Positions 15,466 to 29,391 of a DNA stretch of 64,000 nucleotides are shown here, piece by piece. A program made the translations under genes and the position numbers. Source of the stretch: Eledone cirrhosa (taxonomy: Eukaryota); contig OZ024743.1 in NCBI GenBank assembly GCA_964016885.1, positions 13,144,001 through 13,208,000 on the forward strand. The letters are read 5' to 3'. The notes below the pieces were generated by a model, which did no database searches, was not told the DNA's origin, and saw only the letters and a program-made list of their open reading frames with translations. How positions within the stretch are numbered: the first letter of the stretch is position 1; every line of letters begins with the position of its first letter.

Positions 15466-18150
15466 TCACTCTTCATCCTTAACCCATCTGAAGAAGGATA
15501 TTTTTAAGCGATGTGTTGAACTCGTCGCTGTTTCAGCTCTGCTGTTGATGAGCTCGTGGGGTGCAGTTATGATGTGGTAGAGCTCCATGAGGCAAAGATC
15601 GCATTTCCTCTTGAAGTTGTACGGTGCAGCCCTGCCGACAATCTCCCAGTGCGTGGAGAAGCTGATGTTTAAGTCCTTTAGTGATGTGATGTAGTCCGCG
15701 AGCGAAGTGGAGTGCCTTAGTTTTCTATTTGTGAAAGAGTGGAGATGTGTTCGAAACCTAATTTTGAACGGGCCGGAGGTGGCCCCTATATAATGTTTAA
15801 CGCTATTGTGGTTAGTAATAGTGCATCTATATATAACCCTATCAGTCAAGCAGTATCCTCTAAGGGGGCAGCGTCCTCTGTCGCGGCAGTTGCAATTTCT
15901 GTCGCGGTTCCGTCTATTTCCCACGGTAAGGCTATCATTGTTGCTGCCTACGTTGTTACCTACGCTATCGCAGCTGTCGTTAGCACAATTACAACCCACA
16001 GCACGCGGGGTGGTGCGATTGTTATTCCGCACGTCATGTTCTGCATGTTCCCCAGTCATTTCGCGGTCATTCTGGTTGCGTCTGCGGATGCCGTTGCCAA
16101 CACTATTGGATGCTGCCAGGGAGTTGTTAAGACCGATATAGTTATTGTCAGGTGTAGGTACGTCTGTGTCGAGGTGCTGTGTCTTGGTGATCTTACTGTG
16201 GTTCGTTGTTCCTATGATGTCTGCTAGATTAGGAGTAGTAGAGAAGGATATTTTTTATATTGTTCCTATTAAGAATTTTTCTATACCTATGGTTGGGCGG
16301 GAAGTTCTTCTCTAAGGCTTCGAAGAACATCCGGGGTATGTTGGAGGCCACACTCCGAGAGTAGGGGGGTGGGGGGTGGAACCATAGGACGTTACGGTGG
16401 CGATTACGTGTCCTTGTACTTTTGCTACGGGTGGTTCCATCTAAGTGACCGCTCTTATGTGTGTTAATGCGCAGTCGCGCGTTCGGTGCAGCTTTCACTT
16501 TATGCTCGGGTGCACTCTTTCTACCTCTTCCATGTTTATGTACACGAAGATGTTGGTTGGAGGGCGTTGGTAGGAGGCCGTCGCCTTTGTTGGTTTTGTA
16601 GTAGGGGAATAGTTTGAGTAATCTACAGCGTTCACCGTCGCCGGGAACGTGATCTTTGGTGCGGTTATCTATTTTATTATATCCGACTTCAACGAGGTCG
16701 CCGCGTGATCGGTTATAGGTATGGCTTACTATAACGTTAGTTTTATGAGGGGGGTGGTTTCTAGAGCTAGCGTTGGGGATGTAGGAAATTCCTCGGTTAA
16801 AGCCGGCGCTTATCAGGGCCCTATTGTAGTAATCAGCCGCTTGGTTGAAGATATCCTCATTGGCGGATAGCCTCGAGATTCTATGTGAGATATTATAGAC
16901 TATGGAGTTGAGAGTCTGCTTAGGGTGGTTGGAGGCATAATTAATATAAGAGAGGCACTCTCCAGGCTTATGGTATGGCTTGTATAAGCCCGTACTCAAC
17001 TGGAGGGTCACGTCCAGGAAGTTGACAACCCCGTGGTTGAGGTCCATAGTTACGGATAGGCCGTATGACTTAAAGAACCTGTGTATATGTTTGTTAAGGT
17101 TCTCTATCCTACGGGGGCTATGGTTCCTAACGGTAAACAGGGCGTCGTCCCTATATACACCTCCTTGTAGGGCCGGTATTTCTTCCCTAAGCTTATGTAG
17201 GAGGTATATCCCGACCAAGTCAGTTGCTTGCGCTGAGTCACTGGACCCCATCGTGACATCGAAGTTATCAGGACGGTTGGTTCTGGTCCAGTGGGAGCCT
17301 TCGAACTGGATAATGGTTCTACGTGCCGCTAGAATTATGTCTATTTCTTTTTTAGTGAGGCTAGTGTTAGATCTAGCTAAGATAAGTGCCTTATTTAAGA
17401 GTATGGGGGAGATAGAGGCGTAGTAGCTATCTATATCAAACTGGATGAATTTCAGGGTGGCTTTATCCGGCAATTCGGTGAACCAATTTATGACCTGGTC
17501 GGTGTTGCCCCAGAGGCAGACCTTAGCCTTTCTATTAAGCTCGAGTAGTACTCTGTCGAGGATCACTTTACTAATCTTACCTATATCTGATGTAGAGGGG
17601 CATATTAGTCTAATAGAGGGGCTTTCATTAAAGTCATATTTGTGATCCTTAAGAGAGAATTTAGGCGTCAGAGGGACGTACGGGTTAGTGTACTTTTCTA
17701 TTTCTAAGCTGGTGACTATATCCTTCCCTACTCTATTTATGTCATTTAGGGTACTAGAGGGTGTCTTTGTGTAGTCTTTGTGTAGTTCCTTATAGATGAA
17801 TTTTTTATACTCACTCGCGTCCATCTTGTACAGCTTTTTGGTTTTGTCGGAGGTGACGAAGAGGTGCGGGTCATTCTTGATCTTAGTTATTAGTGTATCA
17901 AGGGACGTTAAGAATGGATTGCTGCATTGGTGTTTCTTTCTGAGCTTAACGTGTTTGATCATTTTCAGCAGGTCCTCTTCAAAGGAGTCCAGTAAGGTGT
18001 TGTGCGGTGGGTTTCGGTATGTTTTGAAGCCATACTTCTCTTTGGGTTCAGGAAGGTTACGGGTGTTCTTATCCAGGTGGTAGGCCTTCCGTCTGACTCT
18101 CCGTATAAACGAATTAGTAGCGTCTATAAGCAGTTTAAGATAGGTTTTTC
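15466..18150 (-). pseudogene. PLE-B polyprotein: RT + GIY-YIG endonuclease, frameshift near 16250
   Basis: FIQFDIDSYY, FDVTMGS, GGVYRDDALF, NFLDVTL, YKPYHKP, SNHP; CNCRDRGRCPLRGYCL, VIY...YIGAT...FKIRFRTH, CDLCLME. Confidence 0.92.
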
Positions 18151-18181
18151 TACCTTAAACTGCTTATAGACGCTACTAATT

Positions 18182-18520
18182 ATAGGTTATCTACTAATTA
18201 TAGGTTAACTAAATTAAAAATAATTCATATATTAATTTCTAAAGTGTATATTAATTAGGTTTATAATATTTAAAGGTTTTTCTAAGTTTATGATTACACG
18301 ATATTATAAATTCCTGTCGCTTATTTAATAGGATATCCTTAGATTTCATTATTTCAAAAAGTTCTTGGGAACATAATCTACATTCATATCTACTATTTTG
18401 ATAAGGGGTGGCCCTTTTGAGCACACTCCAGGTCAGGTCATATTCTATATTCCTCTTTCTATACCTATTAATTTTTTCAGCTAGAGATGTATTAGCTCGT
18501 GCGGCATTTTTAAAACTATT
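18182..18520 (-). mobile_element. PLE family A fragment: GIY-YIG C-terminus plus start of 3' UTR
   Basis: Matches ~29770-30092 (…RKRNIEYDLTWSVLKRATPYQNS…). Confidence 0.85.
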
Positions 18521-18896
18521 TTTTTAATTTACTTAACCTATAATTAATACTCTACTACTGATGAACTACATAATTCTTCTTTAAATATTATAAACCTAAT
18601 TAATATACACTTTAGAAATTAATATATAAACTATTTTTAATTTAGTTAACCTATAATTAATATTTTACTACTGATGAACTACATAATTTTGCTTTCCTTC
18701 TTACAAATATCATTTCCTAAAACTGATACCATTAAGTAAACATATATAATGCTTTAACTTCAGGTTATGACTGTATGTTCCTTGAAAACTATATATATTT
18801 ATTATTTCTCACTAATAAATTTAATCCCCCCCCCCAATAATTATATGTATATGTAAGTCTATATGTGTGTGTATATATATGTGTATGTATATATGC

Positions 18897-18958
<62 letters not shown>

Positions 18959-19851
18959 ATGTGTGTGTGTGTATGTGTATGTATATGTATATATATATAT
19001 ATATAAGTATATATATATATATATATTATTTTTATATTCTTTTAATTTCCCCTCATCTTTAACACCACTTTTCAACTGCATCTAACTCTTATTTATCATA
19101 TCTATATGTATTAGTATAATTTTATCAATATAAATATACCCATCAATTAAATTAAATTATATTCTTTTCATAGATGTATTTTTTTCACTAACACTCTTAT
19201 CGCAAAATTTTAGTCTCCTTAGATATTTGTATTGGCTTTACTATTTCATAACAGCAATTGCTTGTATACCTTTTACTGACCACCTGACCTATTTTCACCC
19301 CTAAAATAAGCTTCAATTACTACTATTTTACCATTTGGCCAATTATTAACTTTCTATTGGTTAATTCTAAACCTCTTACCAAACAGACAGAATATATTAG
19401 ATCTTTGTTGGTTTTATTCAATGAACAAAGAAAATTATTTCTGAGGTCAGCATAAGACCTAATTCTTCCCTAAAATAATCCTTCTTTCATAATACTCTTT
19501 TCCATCCAAAACTGAAATCTACCTTCCTCTACCCATAATTTAAGGTTCTCCTACTACTATATTACTATCTTGACCCTCACTATCTCTCTATTGGTCAATT
19601 CAAAATCTGTTCCCAAACAGACCTATTATATTGAATCTTTGTTTTTTTCAATAAACAAATATCATTATTTCTGAAGACAGCATATATATGTGTAGGTATG
19701 TATATTCCCTCTGATAGTTTGTATAAATATTGTACATAGATCTATAGAATATGCATACCAACTCTAACACATATATATCCTAGAAACGATCGTAAAATGA
19801 TGAATTTTTTAATATAAGGAACTGTTTCTTTGTTTATTCATTATTTTATTA

Positions 19852-19857
<6 letters not shown>
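18521..19857 (+). mobile_element. PLE family A 3' UTR/pseudo-LTR in inverted orientation (right arm)
   Basis: Reverse complement of 14055-14885 and ~28160-29790; ends in (TA)n. Confidence 0.87.
19662..19803 (+). ncRNA. Type-I minimal hammerhead ribozyme with long stem II (PLE family A)
   Basis: TCATTATTT-CTGAAGA(19671-77)...ATATATATGTGT/ACACATATATAT stem II...GAAA(19783-86)-CGATCG-TA-AAATGATGA. Confidence 0.72.
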
Positions 19858-19903
<46 letters not shown>

Positions 19904-19977
19904 GAGAGACTGTGTGCGAGTGTTTGTATAAAAGTACATATGTCTATACCTAAGTATGGATATGTATATATGAACAG

Positions 19978-20027
<50 letters not shown>

Positions 20028-20029
<2 letters not shown>

Positions 20030-20475
20030 CTTAAAACAAAAATATAAAAAATCAAGTTATTAGAGATATACTTCACTGCTTTACGATCGTTTCTAGGTGA
20101 TGATATTACATTGTAGCTATACTCCGTTATTGATCTATGTAAGGTTAGTTACAAAATATCAGATAAAGAGAATATTTACTTACATACATATCACCAGCTG
20201 TTTTCAAAAGCAATAATTCATTATTTTGTAACTAACCTTACATAGATCAATAACGAAGTATAGCTAGAATGTATTATCATCACCTAGAAACGATCGTAAA
20301 GCAGTGAAGTATATCTCTAATGACTTGATTTTTTATTTCTTTGTTTTAACTTATATCATGACTCTGTTTTCCTTTTAATGTTTTATTGTTTTCCGGGATT
20401 TATCTTAACCTACAACATTTTCAACATATGGATTACATCGAGTTCTTCATGCAGAATAGACCCACAACTTACAGT
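20028..20475. mobile_element. Diverged relative of the PLE-A 3' end arranged as a fold-back
   Basis: 20031-20157 is the reverse complement of 20224-20350; shares TTTACGATCGTTTCTAG and GGATTACAT.GAGTTCTTCAT with the family A terminus. Confidence 0.75.
20073..20216 (-). ncRNA. Hammerhead homologous to the family A HHR but with U3-A8 core
   Basis: Minus strand: TTATTGCTT-TTGAAAA-CAGCTGGTGAT...ATCACCTA-GAAA-CGATCG-TA-AAGCAGTGA. Confidence 0.65.
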
Positions 20476-20677
20476 GGATACCTCTGTGTATATATATATA
20501 TATATATATAACTGTTCATATATACATATATATATATATACATATTAATACATATGCGTATATGTACGGGCCTGTTCCTATGAGAGGGGGTCCGTGTTAG
20601 TGTGCTTGTGTGTGTGGGTGTTAGTGTGTCTTTGTATATGTACACATGTATATAGGTATGGATGGATAGGTATGAAC

Positions 20678-20903
<226 letters not shown>

Positions 20904-21364
20904 TACTACACACGCGTGTATGTACGCAATGAGAGGGTGAGTGGGTGTTCATGTTGGTGTGCTTGCAAGTGTGCTTGTGGAGATATGCATGTCTGAGAAT
21001 ATTTGTGTGGATATGTTTGCTTCATGTTTTCAAGCGAAGCTATAAAATAATAATAGTAATAGTTCTAGGCTAGTAACAAAAGAATGCATAACGAAATAAA
21101 AAAAAACAAAAAAACAATAACTCACACGAAACTCCTGTACATAAGGCAGACTAATAGTTTTTAATAACTTCAGAATGTTTATGAACACATGAAAAAGTGT
21201 AATATTTTTCTAATAAATGCTGTTTGAAACATAAGTCCATAAAGGTGGCTTTATAGCAGTTAAAAAAAACAACAAAAACAAACAAACAAACTGCAGTCTT
21301 GTTTTTACCTACATATGTGCAATATAATCACTTCTCCACACCTATAGTATTGTTTGACGGTTCC

Positions 21365-21520
21365 CATGAAAAGTGTGTCAATTGATTCAACTCTTTTTAG
21401 CTGAGTGGACTGGATCAACGTGACATAAAATGGCATGCCCAATGACACAACGCGCGGCCAGGAATCTAACTCATGAATTTTCGAACGTAAACACCAAACC
21501 CTATCCACTAAGCCACGCAT
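21365..21520 (-). mobile_element. Degenerate tRNA-derived SINE
   Basis: Minus strand GCGTGGCTTAGTGGATAGGG A-box-like, GAGTTAGATTCC B-box-like, then GTGTCATTGGGCATGCC...CCAGTCCACTCAGCT body. Confidence 0.6.
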
Positions 21521-21723
21521 CCATGATAGAGGACTAATGAGCAAGACTTTAAGAAGGTTTTCCTACTATATCAAGCGTTAAATTAATACATTTCTTCATT
21601 GATTTGTATAAATATTTAAACAGAAACACCATAACAAATAATACATTAAAATGAAGAAATATATTATTATAATGCTTGATTAGTAGGAAACATTCTTAAC
21701 ATTTCGAACACTAGACCCCCATC

Positions 21724-21775
<52 letters not shown>

Positions 21776-21952
21776 CACCGAAACATCTGGATCGCGGTTT
21801 TACAGCTGACGAAGGATTCTTTCTTCTTTTCTCCTCTTGTTCCGTCCAAACCACGATAAATACGGAAATTCCTTTTTTTGTAAATAAATGTTTTGCTCTT
21901 ATTCTATGAAAAAATCCCTTTAGCATTCTTTACTGATTTTTTCTTTTTTACT

Positions 21953-22029
<77 letters not shown>

Positions 22030-22062
22030 TTATATATATTTATATTGTATTGATTTTTATAC

Positions 22063-22112
<50 letters not shown>

Positions 22113-22229
22113 TACATTTATATATATATATATTCATACATTTATATATATATATATTCATACATATATATATATATATTCATACATATATATATATATT
22201 TATACATATATATATATATATATATATTT

Positions 22230-22264
<35 letters not shown>

Positions 22265-22288
22265 CTGCGTTTACAGACTGACTTTGTT

Positions 22289-22339
22289 AGTTTCAGAAGA
22301 TCCCGTTAAGGGTGAAAGCAGCGATTCTTTGCTTAAACT
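22289..22339 (+). ncRNA. Hammerhead-like motif with U4A core change
   Basis: AGTTT-CAGAAGA-TCCC GTTAA GGGT-GAAA-GCA...TGC-TT-AAACT; all three stems can form. Confidence 0.45.
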
Positions 22340-22455
22340 TTAATCTGTTATTTTAATAAATATTTGCTCTACGGTTCTTATATATTTGATATATATATTC
22401 CTTATCGAGCCCTCTTTGGATTTTAGTCTTCAATTTTATTATTATTACTATATTT

Positions 22456-22520
<65 letters not shown>

Positions 22521-22622
22521 AAATTGAGGTTGGTAATGGCACATGGAATATATAAGAGACAGAATACTTTTTTGTGAAAAAACATATAATTTTATAAGGT
22601 AAGGAAATAATAAAGGGTATAT

Positions 22623-22670
22623 AAAATGACCGGTTTCGATGGGTCTGCAAAAGCCATCTTTTCAAATGTT
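22623..22670 (-). ncRNA. Type-I minimal hammerhead, U3-A8 variant (Neptune-type PLE 3' UTR)
   Basis: Minus strand: AACAT-TTGAAAA-GATGG...CCATC-GAAA-CCGG-TC-ATTTT; GUC cleavage triplet, palindromic CCGG. Confidence 0.68.
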
Positions 22671-23036
22671 GATTAATATTAAGAAAAATTAATAATGCGA
22701 AGAGTTAAAATTTGAGATTTGAAAATTCAAGTATAAAATTCATTGTGGGATTTCATAGTAGTTTTCATCTTGGTAGCAACAATTTGACTGCTGTGTGCCT
22801 TTCTGGTAGTGAATGAGAAGTTATTTGGGGGTGTGGGTTATTTTATAAAGGTCAGATTTAGCAATGGCCAGCTGGCCAGCTGCTGGTCAGTGAGGGGGTG
22901 GAAGCAATATACATACATATATCTTCCTGTGGTTGGTAGGAGAGGGGAGCGTGATAGAAAGGGATTTAGTGCACTTACACCTATATATACACACATACCT
23001 TCATCCACACATACATACATATACATATACATACAC

Positions 23037-23093
<57 letters not shown>

Positions 23094-23252
23094 TACATAC
23101 ACACACACATACATATACATGCACACATACACACACACACACATATATACACATACACACACATATATATATATACACACACACACACATATATACATAC
23201 ACATACATCCAGATACACACATACATACACACACACACACACATATATATAT

Positions 23253-23302
<50 letters not shown>

Positions 23303-23923
23303 CCACACATACATACACACACACATATATATATACATACACACATACAAACACACACACACACACATATATACACATACACACACATATATATACACAC
23401 ACACACACATATATATATATACACATACGCATACATCCAGATAAACACATACATACACACACACACACACGCACACATAATACATACATCCACATGCACA
23501 CACATACATACACACACACACACACACATACATACACCCACACACAGAGAAATGGCCTCCAAACATATATATATATATACATACATACACATATATTTTT
23601 TCCATAATATAAGAAGTTACGACAGTGAAATTAAAATACAAGTCATTCTGATCACATTGAGTTCTTCATGTAGATTGGGCCCCGCAACCGACAGTGGTGA
23701 ATTCTGTGTGCGCATATATATATAGATATATGTGTGTGCACGTGCAGGGTTTAACATGGATGTGTTGGTCACACAAAGGCATGGTCTGTCAACGAATAAA
23801 CCTGATTCTACAGAATTGGTCTCTGGTCTTTAATAGTAGTGATAATTATATACATGCACACATACAAACACATATATCTCTCTGTCACTCCGTGCGTATG
23901 TGTGTTTATATTTTATGACAATT

Positions 23924-26900
23924 CTATTGGGGTGATAACCCGTTTAGTTTTGGTTTAAATTTGTTAAGGAATAGATTTTCTTTGTTTATTCTTTGTTGCT
24001 GTGTGAACGAATCTGAGCACTTGTAGAAGGGGAAGATTTTAAAGTTGGGTAGTGTCATTCCTGCGCAGTTCGCAATATGGCTGCTCAAGGGGATTTTTCT
24101 TGTGTTAGCGTCCCGGATTTGTTGGCGGTGGATGGTCATTCTTTTGCGTAATGAGGTGCCCGTCTGTCCTATGTAGTTGTGTTTGCACCCACCGCAAATT
24201 ATTGCGTAAATCAAGTTCTCCGAGTTGCAGGTGAAATTGTTTTTTACTGTAAATGTTTGGCCATCTTTGAATGTAAATGTTTGTCCTTCAGTGAGGTAGA
24301 GGCACGTTCCACAGTTTGTTCTACCACATTTGGTAACTGTAGGGTTGAGGATTGGTTTGGGTATATTTGGTCCAGTGAGAATGCGTTTTAGTGATTTGGG
24401 TTGTCTTTTACTTTTAAGGATCTTGTGTGTTTCAAGAATAGACTTCATTTTTACATCTTTAAGTAGGATGGGGAGGTTTTTGTGTAGTTGATCAAACATT
24501 TCGGTATTTCTGGGGTTGAAAGTGGATACATATGGCAGGGTGTTGAGTGTGGTTTTCTGTTTTGGATTGTTAAGTTGATGGGGATTTAGGTGTTTTGCCC
24601 TGTCTATTCCATTGTTGATTATTTCAAGTGGAAAGGCTCTTAAGATAAGGGTGTCTTTTAGTTCCTTTAGTCTTTGCTCCCGTTTAGGTGGATCTGATAC
24701 TATGGTACATATACGTTTGGCCAAATTGTAAGGAATGTTAAGTTTTGTATGTTTTGGGTGACTTGATGTGAAAAAGAGGTATTGCTTGGAATCTGTGGGT
24801 TTATAGAATATATCTGTATCTAATTTCCCGTCTATTACAGAGATGAGAATATCCAAGAAGGCTAATTCCTTGGGATTGGATTCCATTGTGAATTATATGT
24901 TATTATCTATGTTGTTTATTATGTTTTTAAACGTAGTAAGTGAGTTCATGTCTTCTTGCCATAGGATAAAGCAGTCGTCTAGATATCTTTTCCAATTGGC
25001 TTTGAGGTGTGTGTGGAAAGAGTCTCCAAATAAGAGAAGGGACTGACTGTATATTTGTTGTTCATGGAATCCCATGACTAGGTTGTCATATGTGGGTGCT
25101 ACTTTCGTGCCCATTGCCGTACCTGATACTTGTCTGTATGTTGAACCATTGAATGTGAAGTAGTTATTTTGTAGGATAAAGCGGAGTCCGTCAGTGATAA
25201 AATCTGTGTTGATGCGTGTCGGTATTTCTGATGGGTGTGTGTTAAGCCAGTATTGGACTGCTGTTATTCCATAGTTGTGGGTTATGTTTGTGTAGAGGTT
25301 TATTACGTCAAAGGAGACAAGAATTGTATTTGCACTTACTGTTTTAGGGAGGTGTTTCAGCATGTCAAGGTCATCTCGTATGTAGCTCTGTATATGTTGT
25401 AGAAAGGGTTTCAGTAGGATGTCCAGAAAGTTGCTAAGTCTGTGGGTTTCACATGTAGGGCCTGCTATAATTGGCCTGAGTTTTAGGTCTTCTGGTGGTG
25501 TTAGTTCAATGTAATTGTTGGTTGAGGTGTCACATGCATCGTTTATGGGTTTACATTTGTGGAGTTTCGGTAAGCCGTAAAAAGAGCTTGTATTTCATTT
25601 GAAGTGGCTTATATAGTTAAACTCTTTTGTGGTTAAGCTGTTGCGGTATTTATTCAGTAAGGTCAAAAGGTTCCCCATTGTTTTGGTGTGTTTGTAGTTT
25701 TCTGATTTTTCATAGTATGTGTTGTTTTCTAAAATGTTAAGTGCGAGGGTCCTATAGTAGTCCGTATTCATAATGACAACAGTACTGCCTTTATCGGCTT
25801 CTTTGATAGTTATCTCAGGGTTGTTTCTAAGTGTGAATAATTCTTCCCATTCGTGTGTAGATAGGTTTGATTTCGTGTGTTTATTTGTAATTTTTTCATA
25901 GGGAAAGTTGGTGATGTGTTCGCAGTACGTGTCCAGTGCTTTATTTCTTCCCTTTTGTGGGCAGAAATTGCTTTTATTTCTAACCAGTGATTCGTCTTCA
26001 GTGTTGGTGTCGTTGTGGAAGAATTCCGTTAGTCGCAGCTTTCGGCAGTATTCCATGATGTCATCCTTCATTTCAGGGAAGTTTGTTTACGTGGTGTAGG
26101 TGTAAATTTCAGGCCCTTACTTAAAATGTTGATTTGTGTGTTGGTTAGAGGTGTCTTTCAGAGGTTGATTATTTTTGGTTTCTCCTGAGGGGGGGGGGGG
26201 GGGGGGGCATCGAGTATCCTGGTATTTCAGGCTTTTCCCTAAAAAAGGAATGTAGTTTTGTGTGTGATTATATTTTGTTGGTCTGTTGCGTGTGGGTCTG
26301 TAGCTTGTTGTTTCATGAGGGTGAATGTGATGGTGGGGGTGGTATGTGTTGTGGTTGTTGATGAGCAAGGGTTCTGTTGTTGGTTCATGTGGTCTGGGTG
26401 CGTTATTTCTGTGGTACAGAGTGTTGAGGTTGGGGGGTTGTCTTTTGTTGGATTGAGGGTGGTGTCTGGTGTGGTTGTGGGTAAGTTCTGTTGTGATTTC
26501 AAGTGGTCTGGGTGGATTTCTTCTGGGGAATGTGGTGTGTGTGTTGTGAGTTGGATCTATGTTATTTCGTCGTTGGTTTATGTAGGGGGCATTTCTACGG
26601 AAACCTGTGTTGTGGTGGTTGGGTGTGTTTCTTTTGGTGTAGTTGGCCGTATTTGGTTTGTGTTGGTGGGGGATGTGCCTGTGGTTAGTGTGTGTTGGGT
26701 TTGGTGGTGTAAATGTGTCTGTTGTAGTTCTTGTTATGTTCAAATGCTTTATAAAGGGGTTACCTGTTTGGTGCGTCCTTTTAAAGTCTTCTTCATATTT
26801 GAGGAACCAGTTTTCGGATTTTTCCCACCGTTTAAGGGAAATAATTTCTGCATTCTCGCAGTCCTGTTTCCACGATTTGATTAAATTTTATAGGGTTGTT

Positions 26901-27500
26901 CCCTCGGCCTTTTTAGTGCATTCTTCCTCCATATTTTTATCAGTATCCTTATACTCATGCTCGTTGGAGGTGGCCCTTAATTTTAGGAGTTCTATTTCCA
27001 TGTTTATCCTGTTGAGTGACATTTGTTCACGGAGTTTTCTTTCTGGTTCAGGTTCGTTTGTAATATGCTTTATTTGGAATTTACGTGGTAAAACTATCGG
27101 TGTTGAGTTAATCCATTTTTGGTAAATTCCAGCTTTGTTGAGGTTTTTTATCATATTCCAGAAAGTGAATTTTCTGGTTTTTAGATGTTTTTTCCAGAGG
27201 TGTCCCATTTGGTTTTTGATATGGAGCAATGTCGTCTGTTCTGTGTTGGTATTCATAAGTTTTTCGATGGAGTTGCATACGTTTTGAACGTTTAAATAAA
27301 TTTGGTTGTCAGTCGGTGTGGTGGTTTGGGGTATATCCTGTTTTTTTGTCAGAATGGTGAGTTTTCCATTTATCTCTTTTAGGATTTTCAGGATTTCCTC
27401 ATTTATATTGGAGTTTGAAGTTGTGTTGTCTTGTTCCAGTGCTATTTTCCGGATTTGCGTAGGTTAGTATATATGAAAAGTGTAATTTTCTACACAAAAC
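23924..27500 (-). pseudogene. Neptune-type PLE polyprotein in several fragments (stops/frameshifts)
   Basis: IINL*KTPL...LSKGLKFTPTP, IKEADKGSTVV, SFDVINLYTNI, GTAMGTKVAP, WKRYLDDCF, FLDILI, YKPTDSKQY, KCGRTNCGTC, LIYAIICGGC..NYIGQTG..LRKRMTIH. Confidence 0.92.
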
Positions 27501-27530
27501 GAAGGTTATAGAGAAAATTGAGGTTGATAC

Positions 27531-27587
<57 letters not shown>

Positions 27588-27610
27588 CATATATACATAT
27601 ATATATATAC

Positions 27611-27663
<53 letters not shown>

Positions 27664-27664
27664 C

Positions 27665-27697
<33 letters not shown>

Positions 27698-27698
27698 C

Positions 27699-27751
<53 letters not shown>

Positions 27752-27752
27752 C

Positions 27753-27802
<50 letters not shown>

Positions 27803-27808
27803 GTATAC

Positions 27809-27840
<32 letters not shown>

Positions 27841-27965
27841 ATATATATATTTATACATATATATATATATATATATTTATACATATATATATATATATAT
27901 ATATTTATACATATATATATATAATTATATATTTATATTTATATATATATATATATATTTATATA

Positions 27966-28024
<59 letters not shown>

Positions 28025-28026
<2 letters not shown>

Positions 28027-29232
28027 GTAGGTAAATCTACCAAAAGTTTACGGTAGTGTCCAATGCGTATGAAGAACTCAATGTAATCCGGATATCATGA
28101 AAAGAGAAGATGCATTCAAAAACTACTTTCGGTGAAAAATAAACGGAAAACAGAGTGAAGATAAATTAGAAAAAAAATAATGAATAAACAAAGAAACAGT
28201 TCCTTATATTAAACAAAAAAAAATTCATTATTTTACGATCGTTTCTAGGATATATATGTGTTAGAATTGGTATGCATATTCTATAGATCTATGTACAATA
28301 TTTATACAAACTATCAGAGGGAATATACATACCTTCACATATATATGCTGTCTTCAGAAATAATGATACTTGTTTATTGATAAGAACAAAGATTCAATAC
28401 AATAGGTCTTTTTGGGAACAGGTTTTGAATTGACCAATCAGGAGATAGTGAGGGTCAAGATAGTGATATAGCATTAGGAGAACCTTAAATTATGGGTAGG
28501 GGAAGTAGATTTCAGGTTTGGATGGAAAAGAGTATTATGAATGAAGGATTACTTTAGGGAAGAAATAGGTCATATGCTGACCTCAGAAATAATTTTATTT
28601 GTTCATTGAATAAAACCAACAAAGATCCAATATAATAATGGATTACTTTAGGGAAGAAATAGGTCATATGTTGACCTCAGAAATAATTTTATTTGTTCAT
28701 TGAATAAAACCAACAAAGATCAAATATATTCTGTCTGTTTGGTAAGAGGTTTAGAATTAACCAATAGAAAGTTAATATTTGGCCAAATGGTAAAATAGTA
28801 GTAATTGAAACTTATTTTAGGGGTGTAATTAGGTCAGGTGGTTAGTAGAAGGTATACAAGCAGTTGCTGTTATAAAATAGTGATGCCAATACTAATATCT
28901 AGGGTGACCAGAGTTTTAAGATAAGGATGTTAGTAAAAAAAATACATCTATGAAAAGGATATAAAATTAATTTAATTGATGGGTATATATATATATATAT
29001 ATATATTGATAAAAGTATACTAATACATATAGATGTGATAAATAAGAGTTAGAAGCAGTTGAAAAGTGCTGTTAAGGATGAGGGGAGATTAAAAAAATAT
29101 AAAAATGATATATATATATATATATATATACATATAAATACCTACATATATATACACATACATACACACACACATACACACATATATATATATATATATA
29201 CATACATACACTTACACACACAAACATATACC

Positions 29233-29266
<34 letters not shown>

Positions 29267-29357
29267 CGCATATACATATGTACACATACATACACACACA
29301 CACACAGACATATATATATATACACATATATATATACACACTCACACACATATACAC

Positions 29358-29391
<34 letters not shown>

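Larger units (their letters stand above)
14910..18181 (-). mobile_element. Penelope-like element B (RT + C-terminal GIY-YIG, Nematis-like by inference), 5'-truncated, nested in family A
   Basis: RT and EN ORFs, 3' UTR with HHR, 5' 28-bp fold-back hairpin; 3' end abuts (TA)n inside family A. Confidence 0.9.
22516..27530 (-). mobile_element. Near full-length Penelope-like element, Neptune-type
   Basis: Long N-terminal region, RT, CxxxxCxxC linker and GIY-YIG; 17-bp direct repeat AGAGAAAATTGAGGTTG at 22516 and 27510; HHR in 3' UTR; 3' UTR interrupted by (TA/CA)n. Confidence 0.85.

Noticed and set aside
18553-18690. Two CTGATGA motifs in the PLE-A 3' UTR repeats
   Set aside because: No downstream stem II + GAAA; not hammerheads
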